Shown piece by piece: positions 13,451 to 26,539 of a DNA stretch of 64,000 nucleotides. The stretch comes from Cetorhinus maximus (lineage: Eukaryota). How positions within the stretch are numbered: position 1 is the first letter of the stretch; each line of letters starts with the position of its first letter. The notes under the pieces were generated by a model that ran no database searches, was not told the origin of the DNA, and was given only the letters and a program-made list of their open reading frames with translations. Both the position numbers and the translations under genes were made by a program. The DNA lies in assembly GCF_964194155.1 (NCBI RefSeq), contig NW_027597516.1, forward strand, positions 1 to 64,000, given 5' to 3'.

Positions 13451-16400
13451 AGGGGAGATGATGGCATAGTGGTATTGTCACTGGACTGGTAATCCAGAGA
13501 CCCAGGGTAATTCTCTAGGCACTGGGTTCAAATCCTACCATGGCAGATGGTAGAATTTGATTTAAATAAAAATCTGGAATTATAAATCTAATTAAAATCT
13601 GGAATTATAAGTCTAATTAAAAGTCGATTGTTGTAAAAACCCATCTGGTTCACTAATCTGTCGTCCTTACCTGGTCTGGCCTACATGTGACTCCAGATCC
13701 ACAGCAATGTGGTTGATGTTAAATGCCCTCTGAAATGGCCTAGCAAGTCACTCAGTTGTATCAAACCACTACAAAGTCACTAAAAACGAATGAAACCAGA
13801 TGGACTACCCGGCATTGATCTAGGCACTGGAAATAACAACAGTAATCTCAGCCCTGTTGATTCTAACTGCCAAAATGGGGAGAGCTGTCTCACAGACTAG
13901 TCAAGCAGCAGCCTGACATAGTTATCCTCAAGGAATCATACCTTACAGATAATGTCCCAGACACCACCATCACCATCCCTGGTGGTGACACAGTGATATA
14001 CAATCGGGAAGGAGTTGCCCTGGGAGTTCTCAACATCGACTCCAGACCCCATGAAGTCTCATGGCATCAGATCAAACATGGGCAAGGAAACCTCCTGCTG
14101 ATTACCATGTACCACTCTCCCTCAGCTGGTGAATCAGTGCTCCTCCATGTTGAATTGGAGGAAGCACTGAGGGTGGCAGGGGTGCAGAATGTACTCTGGG
14201 TGGGGGACTTCAATGTCCATCACCAAGAGTGGCTCGGTAGCACCACTACTGACCAAGCTAGCAGAGTCCTAAATGACATAGCTGCCAGACTGGGTCTGCG
14301 GAAGGTGGTGAGGGAACCAACAAGAAGGGAATACATACTTGACCTCATCCTCACCAACCTGCCTGCTGCAGATGCATCTGTCCAAGACAGTATTGGTAGG
14401 AGTGACCACTACACAGTTGTTGTGGAAACGAAGTCCTGCCTTCACAATGAGAATGCGCTCCATCGTGTTGTGTGGCACTATCACCGTGCCAAATGGGATA
14501 GATTTTGAACAGATCTAGCAGCTCAAGACTGGGCATCCATAAGGTGCTGTGGGCCATCAGCAGCAGCAGAATTGTACTCAACACAATCTATAACCTCATG
14601 GCCCGGCATATCCCCCACTCTACCAATACCATCAAACCAGGGGATCAACCCTGGTTGACTGAAGAATGCAGGAGGGCATGTGAGGAGCAGCACCAGGCAT
14701 ACCTAGAAATGAGATGTCAACCTGGTGAAGCTATAACACAGGACTAGTTGCGCGCCAGACAGCATACGCAGCAAGCGATAGACAGAGATGAGTGATCCCA
14801 CAACCAACAGATCAGATCTAAACTCTGCAATCCTGCCACATCCAGTCATGAATGGTGGTGAACAATTAAACAACTCACTGGAGGAGTAGGTTCCACAAAA
14901 ATCCCCATCCTCAATGATGGGGGAGCCAACACATCAGTGCAAAAGATGAGGCTGAACCATTTGCTACAATCTTCAGCCGGAAGTGCTGAGTGGATGATCC
15001 ATCTCTGCCTCCTCTGGAAGTCTCCAGCATCATAGATGCCAATCTTCAGCCAATTCGATTCACTCCACGTGATATCAAGGAACACCTGAAGGCACTGGAT
15101 AGTGCAAAGACTATGGGCCCTGACAATATTCTGGAAATAGTACTGAAGACTTGTGCTCCAGAAATTGCCACGCCCCGAGCCAAGCTGTTCCGGTACAGCT
15201 ACAACACTGGTTCTGTGAAAATCCACCCCGTCCAATTACCAGCCCATCAGTTTACCCTCAATTATCAGTAAAGTAATGGAAAGGGTCATCAACAGTGCTA
15301 TCAAGCAGCACTTGCTCAGCAATAATCTGCTCACTGACGCTCTGTTTGGGTTCCACCAGGGCCACTTGGCTCCTGACCTCATTACAGCCTTGGTTCAAAC
15401 ATGGACAAAAGAGCTGAACTCCCAAGGTGAGGTGAGAGTTACTGCCCTTGACATCAATACTGCATTTGACCGAGTGTGGCATCAAGGAGCCCTAGCAAAA
15501 CTGGAGTCAATGGGAATCGGGGAAAACTCTCCGTTGGTTGGAGTCATACCTAGCACAAAGGAAAATGGCTGTGGTTGTTGGAGGTCAGTCATTTCAGCTC
15601 CAGGACATCACTGCAGGAGTTCCTCAGGGTAGTGTCCTCGGCCCAACCATCTTCAGTTACTTCATCAATGACCATCCTTCTATCATTAGGTCAGAAGTGG
15701 GGATATTTGCTGATGATTGCACAATGTTTCAGCACCATTCGCGACTCCTCAGATACTGAAGCAGTCTATGTCCAAATGCAGCATGACCTGGACAATATCC
15801 AGGCTCGGGCTGACAAGTGGCAAGTAACATTCACGCCACACATGTGTCAGGCGATGACCATCTTCAACAAGAGAGAATCCAACGATCGCCCCTTGATGTT
15901 CAATTACAATACCATCACTGAATCCCCCACTATCAACATCCTTGGGGGGTTACCATTGACCAGGAACTGAACTGGACTAGCCATTTAAATACTGTGGCCA
16001 CAAGAGCAGGTCAGAAGCTAGGAACCCTGGGACGAGTAACTCATCTCCTGACTCCCCAAAGCCTGCCCACAATCTACAAGGCACAAGTCAGGAGTGTGAT
16101 GGAATGCCCCCCACTTGCCTGGGTGAGTGCAGCTCCCACAACACTCAAGATGCTTAACACCATCCAGGACAAAGCAGCCCGCTTGATTGGCACCACTTCC
16201 ACAAACATTCACACTCTCCACCACAGACACACAGTAGCAGCAGTGTGCACTATATACAAGATGCATTGCAGGAATTCACCAAGGCTCCTTAGACAGTACC
16301 TTCCAAACCCACGACCACTACCACCTAGAAGGACAAGGGCAGCAGATAGATGGGAACACCACCACCTGGAAGTTCCCCTCCAAATCACCTACCATCCTGA

Positions 16401-16605
16401 CTTGGAAATATATCGCTGTTCCTTCACTGTCGTTGGGTCAAAATCCTGGAACTCCCTTCCTAACAGCACGGTGAGTGTGCCTACACCACATGGACCGCAG
16501 TGGTTCAAGAAGGCAGCTCACCACACCTTCTCAAGGGCACTTAGGGATGGGCGATAAATGCTGGCCCAGCCAGTGAAGCCCACATCCATGCATAAATTTA
16601 AAAAA
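13451..16605 (+). mobile_element. Near full-length CR1-group LINE (APE endonuclease + RT) with tRNA-like 5' head
   Basis: Endonuclease motifs (WVGDFNVHH, ILDLILTN, SDHYTV) and RT motifs (ALDINTAFDRVWH, GVPQGSVLGP, IFADD). A-rich 3' end at about 16595-16605. A/B-box-like sequences at about 13461-13535. Confidence 0.9.
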
Positions 16606-16700
16606 AGACTAAATCTAGAATCGTGCCCCTTCTTGTTAGACATAAGTGCTGGCTAAAATAGTTCTCTTGAATGCAATTCAACAACTTTGGGCCCTTCACA
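16606..16700 (-). mobile_element. Continuation of the 11156 CR1 beyond the nested insertion
   Basis: The reverse complement joins as ctagatttagtc...aggaaatgaa (LDLV..GNE, endonuclease motif) across the inserted LINE. Confidence 0.7.
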
Positions 16701-17017
16701 CTGATCCACTGGGTTTTTCTTGCATTTTCTGTTTTTATATCAGATCTGCAGCGTTTGCTTTTTTTATTTTAGTAGCATTGGATAAACACGAAGAATTGTG
16801 TTAAGGAACACAGGGAAAGAGCTGGGAAATGAGAAGATGGCTCCAGTGTAGGGAGTAGTAAGCGCATGATGAACTGAGTAGTCTTCTGAACGGAAATTCT
16901 TATTCTATCATCAGTTCTATGTGAGAAGAAATAATAAACTGAATTGCCACATCTGCACATATGTACTCTCCCTGAAACTACGAGCCCAGCCTATAATGGT
17001 GGTCTTTCAACTTGCAG

Positions 17018-17114
17018 ATTTACAGAATGGAAAATCAATAGCAAATGGAGTTACAAATGGAATCCATCTCCACAGTAATGGCTTCAGGCTGTCGGATGCA
17101 TGGGCACAAAGCAG
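17018..17114 (+). CDS. WDTC1: WDTC1 coding exon
   Basis: tgcag|AT TTA CAG ... AGC AG|gtaaga. Encodes DLQNGKSIANGVTNGIHLHSNGFRLSDAWAQS. Confidence 0.93.
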
Positions 17115-17269
17115 GTAAGAGAACATTCAGCTCTGACAATAGGATTGAACTGGATGCACGCTAGTTGTGGAAACACTGGGATTGGAAACTGGGATGTGTT
17201 TGGTCTGGGACCAACAGAGCAACCCTGGGATTAGAGAGCACTGAAAATACAATTTAAAAATCTATGAAA

Positions 17270-17730
17270 AGAAAGACTTTCATTTACAGTGCCTTTCACT
17301 CAGATGTCCCAAAGCACTTTACAATTCAAAAGTACAACATTGGCTGTATTCACTACTGTAAAATAGGAAACACCTAAACCAATTTTGCACACTGCAAACT
17401 CCTGCAAACTGCAATGTGATGATGACAATTTAATTTTAAGTGATGTTGATTGAGGGTCAAACTTTGATCAGGACACGAGGGATAACTCCTTTGTTCCTCA
17501 TCAAAATAGTACCAATGGATCTTTTACATCCACCTGAGCGAACCAGTTTCTGTACTTATGTTCTGCCTCGGTTTAATGTCTCATCTGAAAGACAACACCT
17601 ACAACAGTGCAGCACTCCATCAGTGCTGCGTTAAAGTGACAGCTTAGATCTTTGTGCTCCAGAAATGCACTTAAATCCACACCCTTCCGACTTGGAGACG
17701 AGTGCTGCCGACTGAGTCATGACTGATACA
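17270..17730 (-). mobile_element. tRNA-derived SINE with L2-like tail
   Basis: The same sequence family recurs at about 18880-19090, 42220-42490 and (plus strand) 38020-38430. A tRNA-like head lies at the right end on the minus strand. Confidence 0.6.
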
Positions 17731-18119
17731 GAGGGGACCCTGCGATACGGAAGTGGGGTGATAAGGGGGCCCTGGAGTCTTGCTGGAGTTGAGGCTTAGG
17801 AGCTTTGAGGAGGCGGAGTTGGCTCAATCAGGATATGGGGGTCAGGGTCTTATAGCCTTGTAGAGGAGGGAGGGGCACCAGTTTCTGTATTAATTTCCTG
17901 CCTTAGAGCAAATTAGTGCATTCAAATTCTTTCCTCACATTTTCTGTCAGTATGTCAAATGATTTAATTCAGTGATTAAATCTCCCCACTTCTGACGGTC
18001 TTCAATAAATGGAAAATTGCATTAAAAAAATTTGGAACATTAAATGCTCAACAGTTCATCAGCTACGGTTTTATTTTTTTAGGAACAGGAACCCCTCCAG
18101 CTGGTTCTTCATTCAATCA

Positions 18120-18570
18120 AATTATGCTGATCTATATCAACTCCCATTTATCCATTTGTGGATGTTTGTTCCATATATTTTGAGTCCCTTGCCTGACAAA
18201 AACCTATTGATCTTGGCCCTGAAAATTTCAATTTACATGCGGTATGCACAGCCTTTTGGGGAGAGTGAGTTTCTGAACCTAGCTCTAATTTTAAGCTTGT
18301 GCCCCTTGGTTCTAGATTGCCCCATCAGAGGAAATAGTTTCTCTGTATCAACTTGTTGAATCCCCTATCATTTTAAGCATCTCTATTAGTTTGTCCCTTC
18401 AGCCTTCTAAGCTCAGGTGATATAATTATAATTTTAACTCTGGTATAATTCTGGTGCACCTTTGCTGTACCTCCTCCAAGGACAATATATCCTTCCTGAA
18501 GTGTTGTGCTCTGAACTGAATGTAGTATTCCAGAGGTGGTCTGACCATCACTTATACAACTCCAGTATAA
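18120..18570 (-). mobile_element. CR1 3' fragment
   Basis: Similar to the CR1 3' end at 11300-11750. Confidence 0.6.
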
Positions 18571-20000
18571 TACAAAAAATTTCCACTGCGCCTTAAAAAT
18601 GGTTCAGAAAATAAGATTTTGTCACTGAATTTTCAACCTATCTGTTGAGAAAAAGAAATCAGTCTTCGTAAATAATCATGACATGTTGGAAAGCAAAGAG
18701 ACCACAGCTGCTTCTAATCCCAGACATATTAATCAGCAAACTTGCCTGATTAATCGTAATAGAGAACCTGACAGTATTTTAAGACAGACCTGACTGAAAT
18801 ATATCTTTGACAATCCAATCTCCAGTTTAAAAGCCTTTTGGAAAAGCAATAATTTCTCTAATCCTCAGGATGAGAAAGAAAGAGAGACTTGCATTTATAA
18901 AGCACTTACTGCAATCTCGATGTCTCATAACAAGCACTTTCTGAAGTGTAGCCGCTGTCGTAACATAGAAGACATTGCAACAATTTGCCCAAAGCAAGGT
19001 CCCACAAACAGGAATAAGAAATGAGCAGGCTTTGGTGATGTTGGTTGAGGAACAAATATTGGTTCAGGGCTCCAGGGAGAAATCCCTGTTCCCTTTTGCC
19101 TTCATTTGGAATGTGTGGGGAAATTCAGCAAACTTAACATGTTTCAAAGTGGTTGAAAGCTCTGTCCAGTTATTGAGGTAAACCTATTCAGCTGTTGCCA
19201 AGGCTTTTGAGGCAGGGTGAAGCCTTGAATTAGAAGCTTTAATCAACTTAAAACATATCATTATAAACAATATAAACAATTCAATAGGTAAATTCGGTCA
19301 CGCAGAATTTCTAATTTTTTTTTCAAGATTAAAATTTTACTGTTTGCAAAATTTTGTTATGAAGGGGAAGAAATGACAATTGAAAAATTATTCCTGCGAA
19401 AACATTTTGAGTAATTCAGTTGGTTTATCAGAGACTGAAATTGCTGTAACAAGAGTGAGGGAGCTTTGCAATTATATGAAAGTTGTCATGGGCAGTTTCA
19501 ACGTTGGACACTGACATAAAAAGTATGTCTCAGTTGTGACCCAGGAAGTAAGGTTTGTCGATCAGATGTGCTAAATTTGCACACAATTTTTAATGCATAG
19601 ACCATTGAAGTACTGTTGAAATTATGGTGTTTTTAGGATGGTTAACATTGAAGTGGTGTCAGGGTTACAGTCATTTCCCAGTAAATTCCAGAGCTAGTGA
19701 TCTATTATTTCTCTTGTGGAAAATGACATAGGATGGGGGTGGGGTGGCTTGGTGGCAGGGGTGTCTGCCCTCAGCGGGGCAGACTAGAGGGACTGAATGG
19801 TCTGCTCCAGTTGCTGCCAGTTTGTGGACCATTTGATCGTAATTATATTTTGACCTTCCTCATTTCCTGACTTGTCCTGTTTGAATCTGATTGGCCTGGG
19901 GATTGTAGCATTAATGCTTCATTGAAGGATAAATCCAAAATCTGATGCATATCAGCTGAGAAATAATACAAATTTATAGAATTTAAATGTTAATTGTGCC

Positions 20001-20926
20001 TGTGATGAAAACATAATCATTTTCCTAATATTTTTCTCATTTATTGTGAAGCAGGTTTATGGGGGTAAGTATAGTTGAGTCTGTGTGTGATTTAATTACA
20101 TTTTGTAGTCAAGTAGACTGCAAGTTTGAAATCATCAAAAGAAGCTTGGTGCTCGACATGCTTATGAGTAAACATGGATGCTGGCTTAGCATATAATGTG
20201 TGAAGGGAATTTACATTTTTAGGTAAATGAAAGGATATTTTGATTTCAAAGGGATCTTAGTCTGTTTACAAATAGCCAGATAAGCGAGGCTAAAGAATGT
20301 ATTTTTCCCAAAGGTTACTGACAATATACAGTGGCAACTTGAAAGTTTTTTATATTATGAGGGAGATACAGTTTCAAAGACATATGGACCGATAGAATTT
20401 ACATATTAAAAAGAGAGAAACATATATAAAGGAGAATGAAAGGTTATGAGTCAGAAGGCCATGTAAGATGTAACAGGAGTGTGTGAAATAGCCTTAATGA
20501 AGCCCCCAGCATTTGTGCATAAGTCTGCTATCTAATGAAACTGAATCTGAGGGAAAAGCCCTTTGGAATTCCACTGTCCAGAGTATTGTGTGAACTTGCT
20601 GAGTTTGTTTTAAATCCCAAATCTATTTTGGACCATTGCCTTAAAGGGAGTGTAACTGGAAATCAGGTTAATTAGGAATTTTAGGAGTTACTATAGTAGT
20701 AAGTAATTTGTAGCTTTGTGTATGTGCTTGAAATCTTTTATATTTTGTGAATAAATATTTTAATTTAATTTTTAAAATCTCTAAAGGTCTTTGTGGACTT
20801 ATTACCTCTGAGTTCAATGCACACATCTTGTAATAAATACAAATTGCAAAACCATTGTGATAGCGTGACCAAGTTTCCCTCGTGGATTTGGTCCGCCTGG
20901 CACACATCATCTGCCATGTTATAACA
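20001..20926 (+). mobile_element. Solo LTR-like element
   Basis: TGTGAT...ATAACA ends and an internal AATAAA. Both ends are visibly similar to 30680-31506. The TSD is not perfect. Confidence 0.55.
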
Positions 20927-22223
20927 GCACCATTGTACATAAGGAAGTTATACAGCAATGCACCCCAGGAACCTGTGTTAGGACCATTGTGCTTTTTGAT
21001 AGTTAAGTGAATGACCTGGACCTGAGTATGACGGAGTATAATTTCTAAGTTTGCAGATGCCTCAAATCTCAGTAATGTAGTAAGCTCTCTCAAAGAGCAA
21101 CGGCATGATGGGTTGAATGGCCTCCTCCTGTGCTGTATCATCCTTATGATAATGCAAAGTACAGAAATGAAAACTTGGGTTGCTTTTCCTTGCAGGAAAC
21201 TCTGACTCTTCTAAGGGTTAGAGCTGGCAAGCAGTCATTCTGTTACCTCACGCCAATAGCAGTTACAATCTGGATTGGCTGGGCTGTCAGCTGGATTTGC
21301 TCAGCAAAAAGCTCGTTGGGTAGCCTTGTATCTTTTGATTGATCAGCTCAAATAGTTGTGGAGCCCAAACCTACACTCCTAATTTCTCCAGCACAGGGTG
21401 CCCTAAAGGGACCTTGAGAGAAATGATTGTTTCCCAGCACCAAGTTTAGGGAGAGAACAATATCCTGCAGGTTTTACCCAGTTTTTCCTGTTCAACCAAT
21501 ATAGGAATGAAACACACAAAGGTTCAAAGTCATTTTAAAAGTTTTTGTGTTCTGATTCAGAATTGGGACAATTTGTGAAATTTTATGCCATATATTGCTT
21601 TACAGTTGGGATTTGGGTTTTATGTCAAGTCATCGAAAGCTACCATGTCCCTACTTGCTGCCAGTTACTTTCTACTTTAAAACTGATTCATTAATCATTT
21701 GTGACAGTGATTATTCTTATGTTAGTCAAAGACTAGATGGGTATGAGAGAGTTTGTTCATTCCTTTTGAACAAATTGCAGTCTCATAGGTGTTCTTTTCA
21801 ATCCTGGGTGGTAGCGCATTATCAGTTATTGTGTGTACAATGTCACACCTTAATTCATAGGGGACAATGGCTCATGACACTGAGTAGGAGAGGCATATCC
21901 CACAGAAAGCTTGTTGTCCCTCTGGTCTTGAGTTGGCTGCAGTACTCTGCCTCATGGCATTGACATTTTGAAGTCTCTCTCAATCTGGTGACCACCAGAG
22001 CCGAATAGGGTTCGAGGCTGAACTGAGATGAATTTCTGGTGCTAAGGCTGTTAGGGAAATTTGAGAACAGTCCAGACCTGTTTCTGACAATCTTAAAACT
22101 GCAAACAGCTAACTTTTTAAAAGAAGTGTGTGTTGTGTATGACTAGTGCTAGTTATGGATATTTAACACTTTCTACTTTTTTTAGTCAATTCTGCATCTC
22201 ATTCATTTATTTTCTCCTTGCAG

Positions 22224-22397
22224 TGTTCCCTATGAGCTGCCACTTCATTTAGAGAGGCTCAAACAGCAAGCAAATGATGCCTTCTCCCGGCAACAATGGA
22301 CACAGGCCATCCAACTTTACAGCAAGGCCATTCAGCAAGCGCCTGGGAACCCCATGCTTTATGGCAACAGAGCAGCAGCCTTCATGAAGCGCAAGTG
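22224..22397 (+). CDS. WDTC1: WDTC1 coding exon (TPR region)
   Basis: tgcag|T GTT CCC ... AAG TG|gtaagg. Encodes VPYELPLHLERLKQQANDAFSRQQWTQAIQLYSKAIQQAPGNPMLYGNRAAAFMKRKW. Confidence 0.96.
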
Positions 22398-22669
22398 GTA
22401 AGGAACATCCTGCCCCAGCACCAGACCTGCCAGAGTACCCTGTGCACTGTCAGTTTTGCCATGTGTGCCGGTTTTGTCTTCTCACAGAATCCATTATTTA
22501 CTCCATACTGCACTGTGGTGATAGATGTTTGCTATTTGCACATCCTGGAGCTCTGCAAACATGAAACAGTGGGTGCAGCTCACTTTTGTAAGACTTTCAT
22601 GTTGGCAAAATATCCCACAACATTCTATGTTGGAAATGGACCCAAGCAAAAATAGGGGTAAAATTTGGG

Positions 22670-24035
22670 AAGAACATCGTGGTCAAAACTAGAGGTTCCA
22701 TGGGGGCTATGGAAAGTCGAGGAGCAATGTGGTGGGGTGGGTCGTGCGGTAGAATGCTCCTTAGGCAGTCCCTCAGTTTCGAGGATAATTTGCTTCCACT
22801 GTGATTCAATCGGTTCTGAGATGGCTATGTCCAATGTGCGATCTGCAGACTCTGCCACATGCATGCAGGTGATGCTTAGAGGGTTGGGTAGTTTAGTTGT
22901 TCGTAAGTTTGTGCGCTCTCTCAGGTGACTTGATTTCACCTCTGCGTGTTCCCAACAAAGTCTCTTGATGCGTTCAGTTGGTCAGAAGCCGGGGACTCCC
23001 ATGAGTCGATGAGAATGTTTGATCCCTTCAGGGATACTTGGAGGGCACCCCTAAAGTTTTCGTTGTCCTCCTGGGAGTCTTCTGCCACAGCCAAGTTCCC
23101 AGTAGACCAGTTGTTCTAGGAGTCTGGTGTCAGGCATACAAACCACATACCCTGCCAGCAGAGCTGGTTTTGAGTGATTATTGCCGAAATGCTGGGCATG
23201 TTAACTTGGGAGAGGACACTGCTGTTGGACCACCGTTCATGCCAGATTTGGAGGATCTTGCAATGGCACCACTGGTGGTACTTCTCCAATGATTTGAGGA
23301 ACCTGTTGTCAGTTGTCCGAGTCTCCAAAGCTTATATGAGCACTGGTCTCGCAGTTGCCCAGAAAACCATGACCTTAGTGTCAGGTTTAAGATGCTAGCC
23401 CTCGAATACTCTTTTTTCCTCAGTTGGCCAAAGGCTGGGTTGGCATATTAGAGGCAATGGTGAATTTCGTCGTCTCTGTCTGTCTTTGAGAGAAGGCTCT
23501 CAAAATCTTGAAAATGGTCCACATTTTCCAGGATTTTGGCATTGATCTTCATTAATGAGGGAAAGCATCGTGCTGTGGGAGCTGGCTGGAGGACAACCTT
23601 CATTTTCTGGGTGTTTAGTGAAAGGCTCATTTTCTAATATACTTTGGAGAGGGAGTCAACAGTGACCTGAAGCTCAGTTTCTGAGTGAGCATTCACAAGC
23701 GTCACCTACACACTGGAGCTTGGAGTGACATTAGCTTTGGATAGAAGGTAGCATAGGTTGAGAAGTTTCCCTTCTGTTCTGTAAATTATCGCCACACCTG
23801 TGGGTAAGTTGCTGAAGGTGAGGTGTATTACTGCAATGAGGAAGATGGAGAAGAGGGTTGGTGCGATGGCACAACCTTGTTTGACCCCAGTTTTCACTGA
23901 GCTAGGGTCTTTGGTGGTTCCGTTAGTGAGGATCACAGCTTGCATGGAATAGGTGAAGTGTGACGCCAAATTTCTTGAGGGCAGCCAAATTTGAGGAGGA
24001 TACTCCATAAGCTAATTGATAGAGTCAAAGGCTAG
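22670..24035 (-). mobile_element. RTE-clade LINE, 5'-truncated and decayed
   Basis: Minus-strand SVKTGVKQGCAIAPTLFSIF, LNTQKMKV..LENVDHF and KILQIWHERWSNSSVL motifs typical of RTE. Confidence 0.8.
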
Positions 24036-24704
24036 GGAAGTGGTAGAGTTAGAGAGTGACATAATGTATGGTCGTGCTGTCTTGGAGGCTCTACTCCCAA
24101 TGGTAGAGCAGGGGGGATAGGGTTGGGAAAGGTGCTAAACAGACCAGAGTTCAGAGAGCGGGTGCAAGTGGGAACTGCATTTAATCAGTAACACCCTCGA
24201 CAGAGACAGCCTGGCTCTTGTATTGCTGAACCACTCATTATTCATGACTTCTGAACTATCCATTTCCATATTTCTGTGGCATGCTATAAGAAAGTTACAT
24301 TTCTTTCCAATTCTGAGAGGGACAGAGTTCTCCTAGAATTGTATTCAATGGGACTTCAGACTCTGTGTTATGGGTTCAGTATTTCTTTGGATTTTGCTAT
24401 GAAGCAGATGTACACTGACTGTGTTGAATTCATGATTCTCAGCAGCAGCATTGTGTGTGGCAGGGTTAATAGGATTGTGTATATTCCATCTAGATTCTAA
24501 CATAACCTCCATTTAATGTCTTTGATTTAAAACATTCTTAACCTTGAGAAAAGAAAGATTAAAAACATGTACACGGATCCATGTACATCATTTTGTTTAA
24601 AAAGTAGCGTTTTTTAAACTTCGAAATGTATTTTTTCAGAGTCTGTTTGTTAGCAGTAGTCTGAGACAGAGTTCTGGAGGTTACATTTACATTAACAGCT
24701 GTTA

Positions 24705-25010
24705 TGCTTGGTAGTGGTTATGATGCCAATTCAGCAGCCCAGAGTTCAAATCCAACCATGGAAAGCTAAATTTGAATTCAGTAAATCTGGTAATCTGTGA
24801 TCTGGCACCAGGAGAATGACCATGTAAATTGCTGATTATTGTAAAACTCCAGCCTGTTCGCTAATGTCCTTCAGGGAAGGGAACTCTTGCCTATACATGA
24901 CTCTACCCCGTACTACATTGCTGACTGACAATGCAGTCACCTAGTAAGCCACTCAAACAACTTCAGGGCAGTGAATGTGGTCTTACCAAATCACTCTGAA
25001 GTAACGTTAG
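24705..25010 (+). mobile_element. tRNA-derived SINE sharing its head with the 13451 LINE
   Basis: GGTAGTGG ... GAGTTCAAATCC boxes followed by a body similar to 13560-13760. Confidence 0.65.
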
Positions 25011-25710
25011 ATAAAAATCCTTGGTCATGTGATTCAGTGCACAGCAGCCTCATGATTATTGAATAATATAAGACTGAAAATCACACTTAGTCTTCAGTCA
25101 CTCAGTTTCAAACATATTCTCTCAATGAGATGGAATAAAGACTGCCATTAGTTTAGTCAATCTTTTATTGATTGCAGTTGAAACTTCCAAGTGCCACTGC
25201 CCCCTGCCCGTCAAGCCTGCCTGTCAGGGCAATTTAATCATTGAAGTGCTTTTATTTGAGGTTGATTCTGTTTTTAAGTTAACTTCACGAGAATTTCAAG
25301 AGCAAAATATAAGTGGCGTGACATACTTGAGATGACTTATGTTCTCTTGAAAATATATGCTATTTGTATTTTTGCTTGGTTTCCCTGGATATTTTGAATC
25401 ACTAGACCTGGATATACATTTAGTGTTCTATTCATAGTAAAGCAGGCTAGTTGCTCAGTAACTGTGACATAGTTAAGTTCCAATAGTTGTTTAGATATGA
25501 AGACCCGACTCCTTCAGACAGTTTTATTGCTTGTCATAAAACTCTCCACAGCACTAGTCTCAGCTGTTATCCCTTTTATGCAACCAAATGGGCACTTAGT
25601 TAAACAACCTAATAATTAGCAATTGAACTTCTTTAACCGTTTCCTTCCCTAACAACAGTGACCTCTGGCTTATTAAACCCAGCATCTAATTTCTGTCCTT
25701 TCTTTTACAG

Positions 25711-25946
25711 GGATGGAGACCATTACGATGCCCTCAGAGATTGTTTGAAAGCAATTTCTTTGAATCCCTCCCACCTGAAGGCCCATTTCCGCCTGGCACG
25801 TTGTTTGTTCGAGTTGAAGTACGTTGCTGAGGCTCTGGAGTGCCTCGATGACTTTAAGGGCCGTTTTCCTGAACAAGCCCACAGCAGCGCCTGTGATGCA
25901 CTGGATCGAGACATCAAGGCTGTGCTCTTCGCAAAGACCGACAGCT
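25711..25946 (+). CDS. WDTC1: WDTC1 coding exon (TPR region)
   Basis: tacag|G GAT GGA ... AGC T|gtgagt. Encodes DGDHYDALRDCLKAISLNPSHLKAHFRLARCLFELKYVAEALECLDDFKGRFPEQAHSSACDALDRDI. Confidence 0.97.
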
Positions 25947-26539
25947 GTGAGTCTCAACAGCCCTGTTATCATGTGGTGACGCTGACACACTTTCTATTCT
26001 TAAACCTAAGGGGATATAAGAATCCAACCAATAGAATGCTAAATTTTCATTGTATAAAATCCCAGCAACCAGTGTATGGAGAAGTAGATACTGTAGGAAT
26101 GGCACTAAAAACTCTCCAAACTTGGGCTTATTTGGTACCAGCTACGAGCCCCCAGATATGGGTTGAGGGCCTTGGATTCATATAGGAAATCTGTTACATG
26201 AAAGGCAGTAAGTTACAGCTCATGGAATCACAATGTTTGAGTGTAGAAACAAGCCATTCATTTCATCAAGTCAGCACCAGTGTTTATCCTTATATAAACC
26301 ACACTGTCTATTACCACTCTTGTGCTCACTCCCCATGCTCTTTAATACCCTGTCTAATCCCACTCTCCCCTCTGTCTTTCCTTCGAAATCCTATTTAATC
26401 TTCCAAATATGTGACCTCCTGTTTTTCTACATTGAGCTGATCTGGTACTCATCTTTGGCCTCCTGCAATCTGTATTTAATAGAACTTTTAATATATCCTA
26501 TCCCACTTCAAAAGTGGCAAGAGCCTCAACCATGGAAGG

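Noticed and set aside
13993-16557. Active autonomous LINE
   Set aside because: There are multiple stops, frameshifts and a deletion in the RT region.
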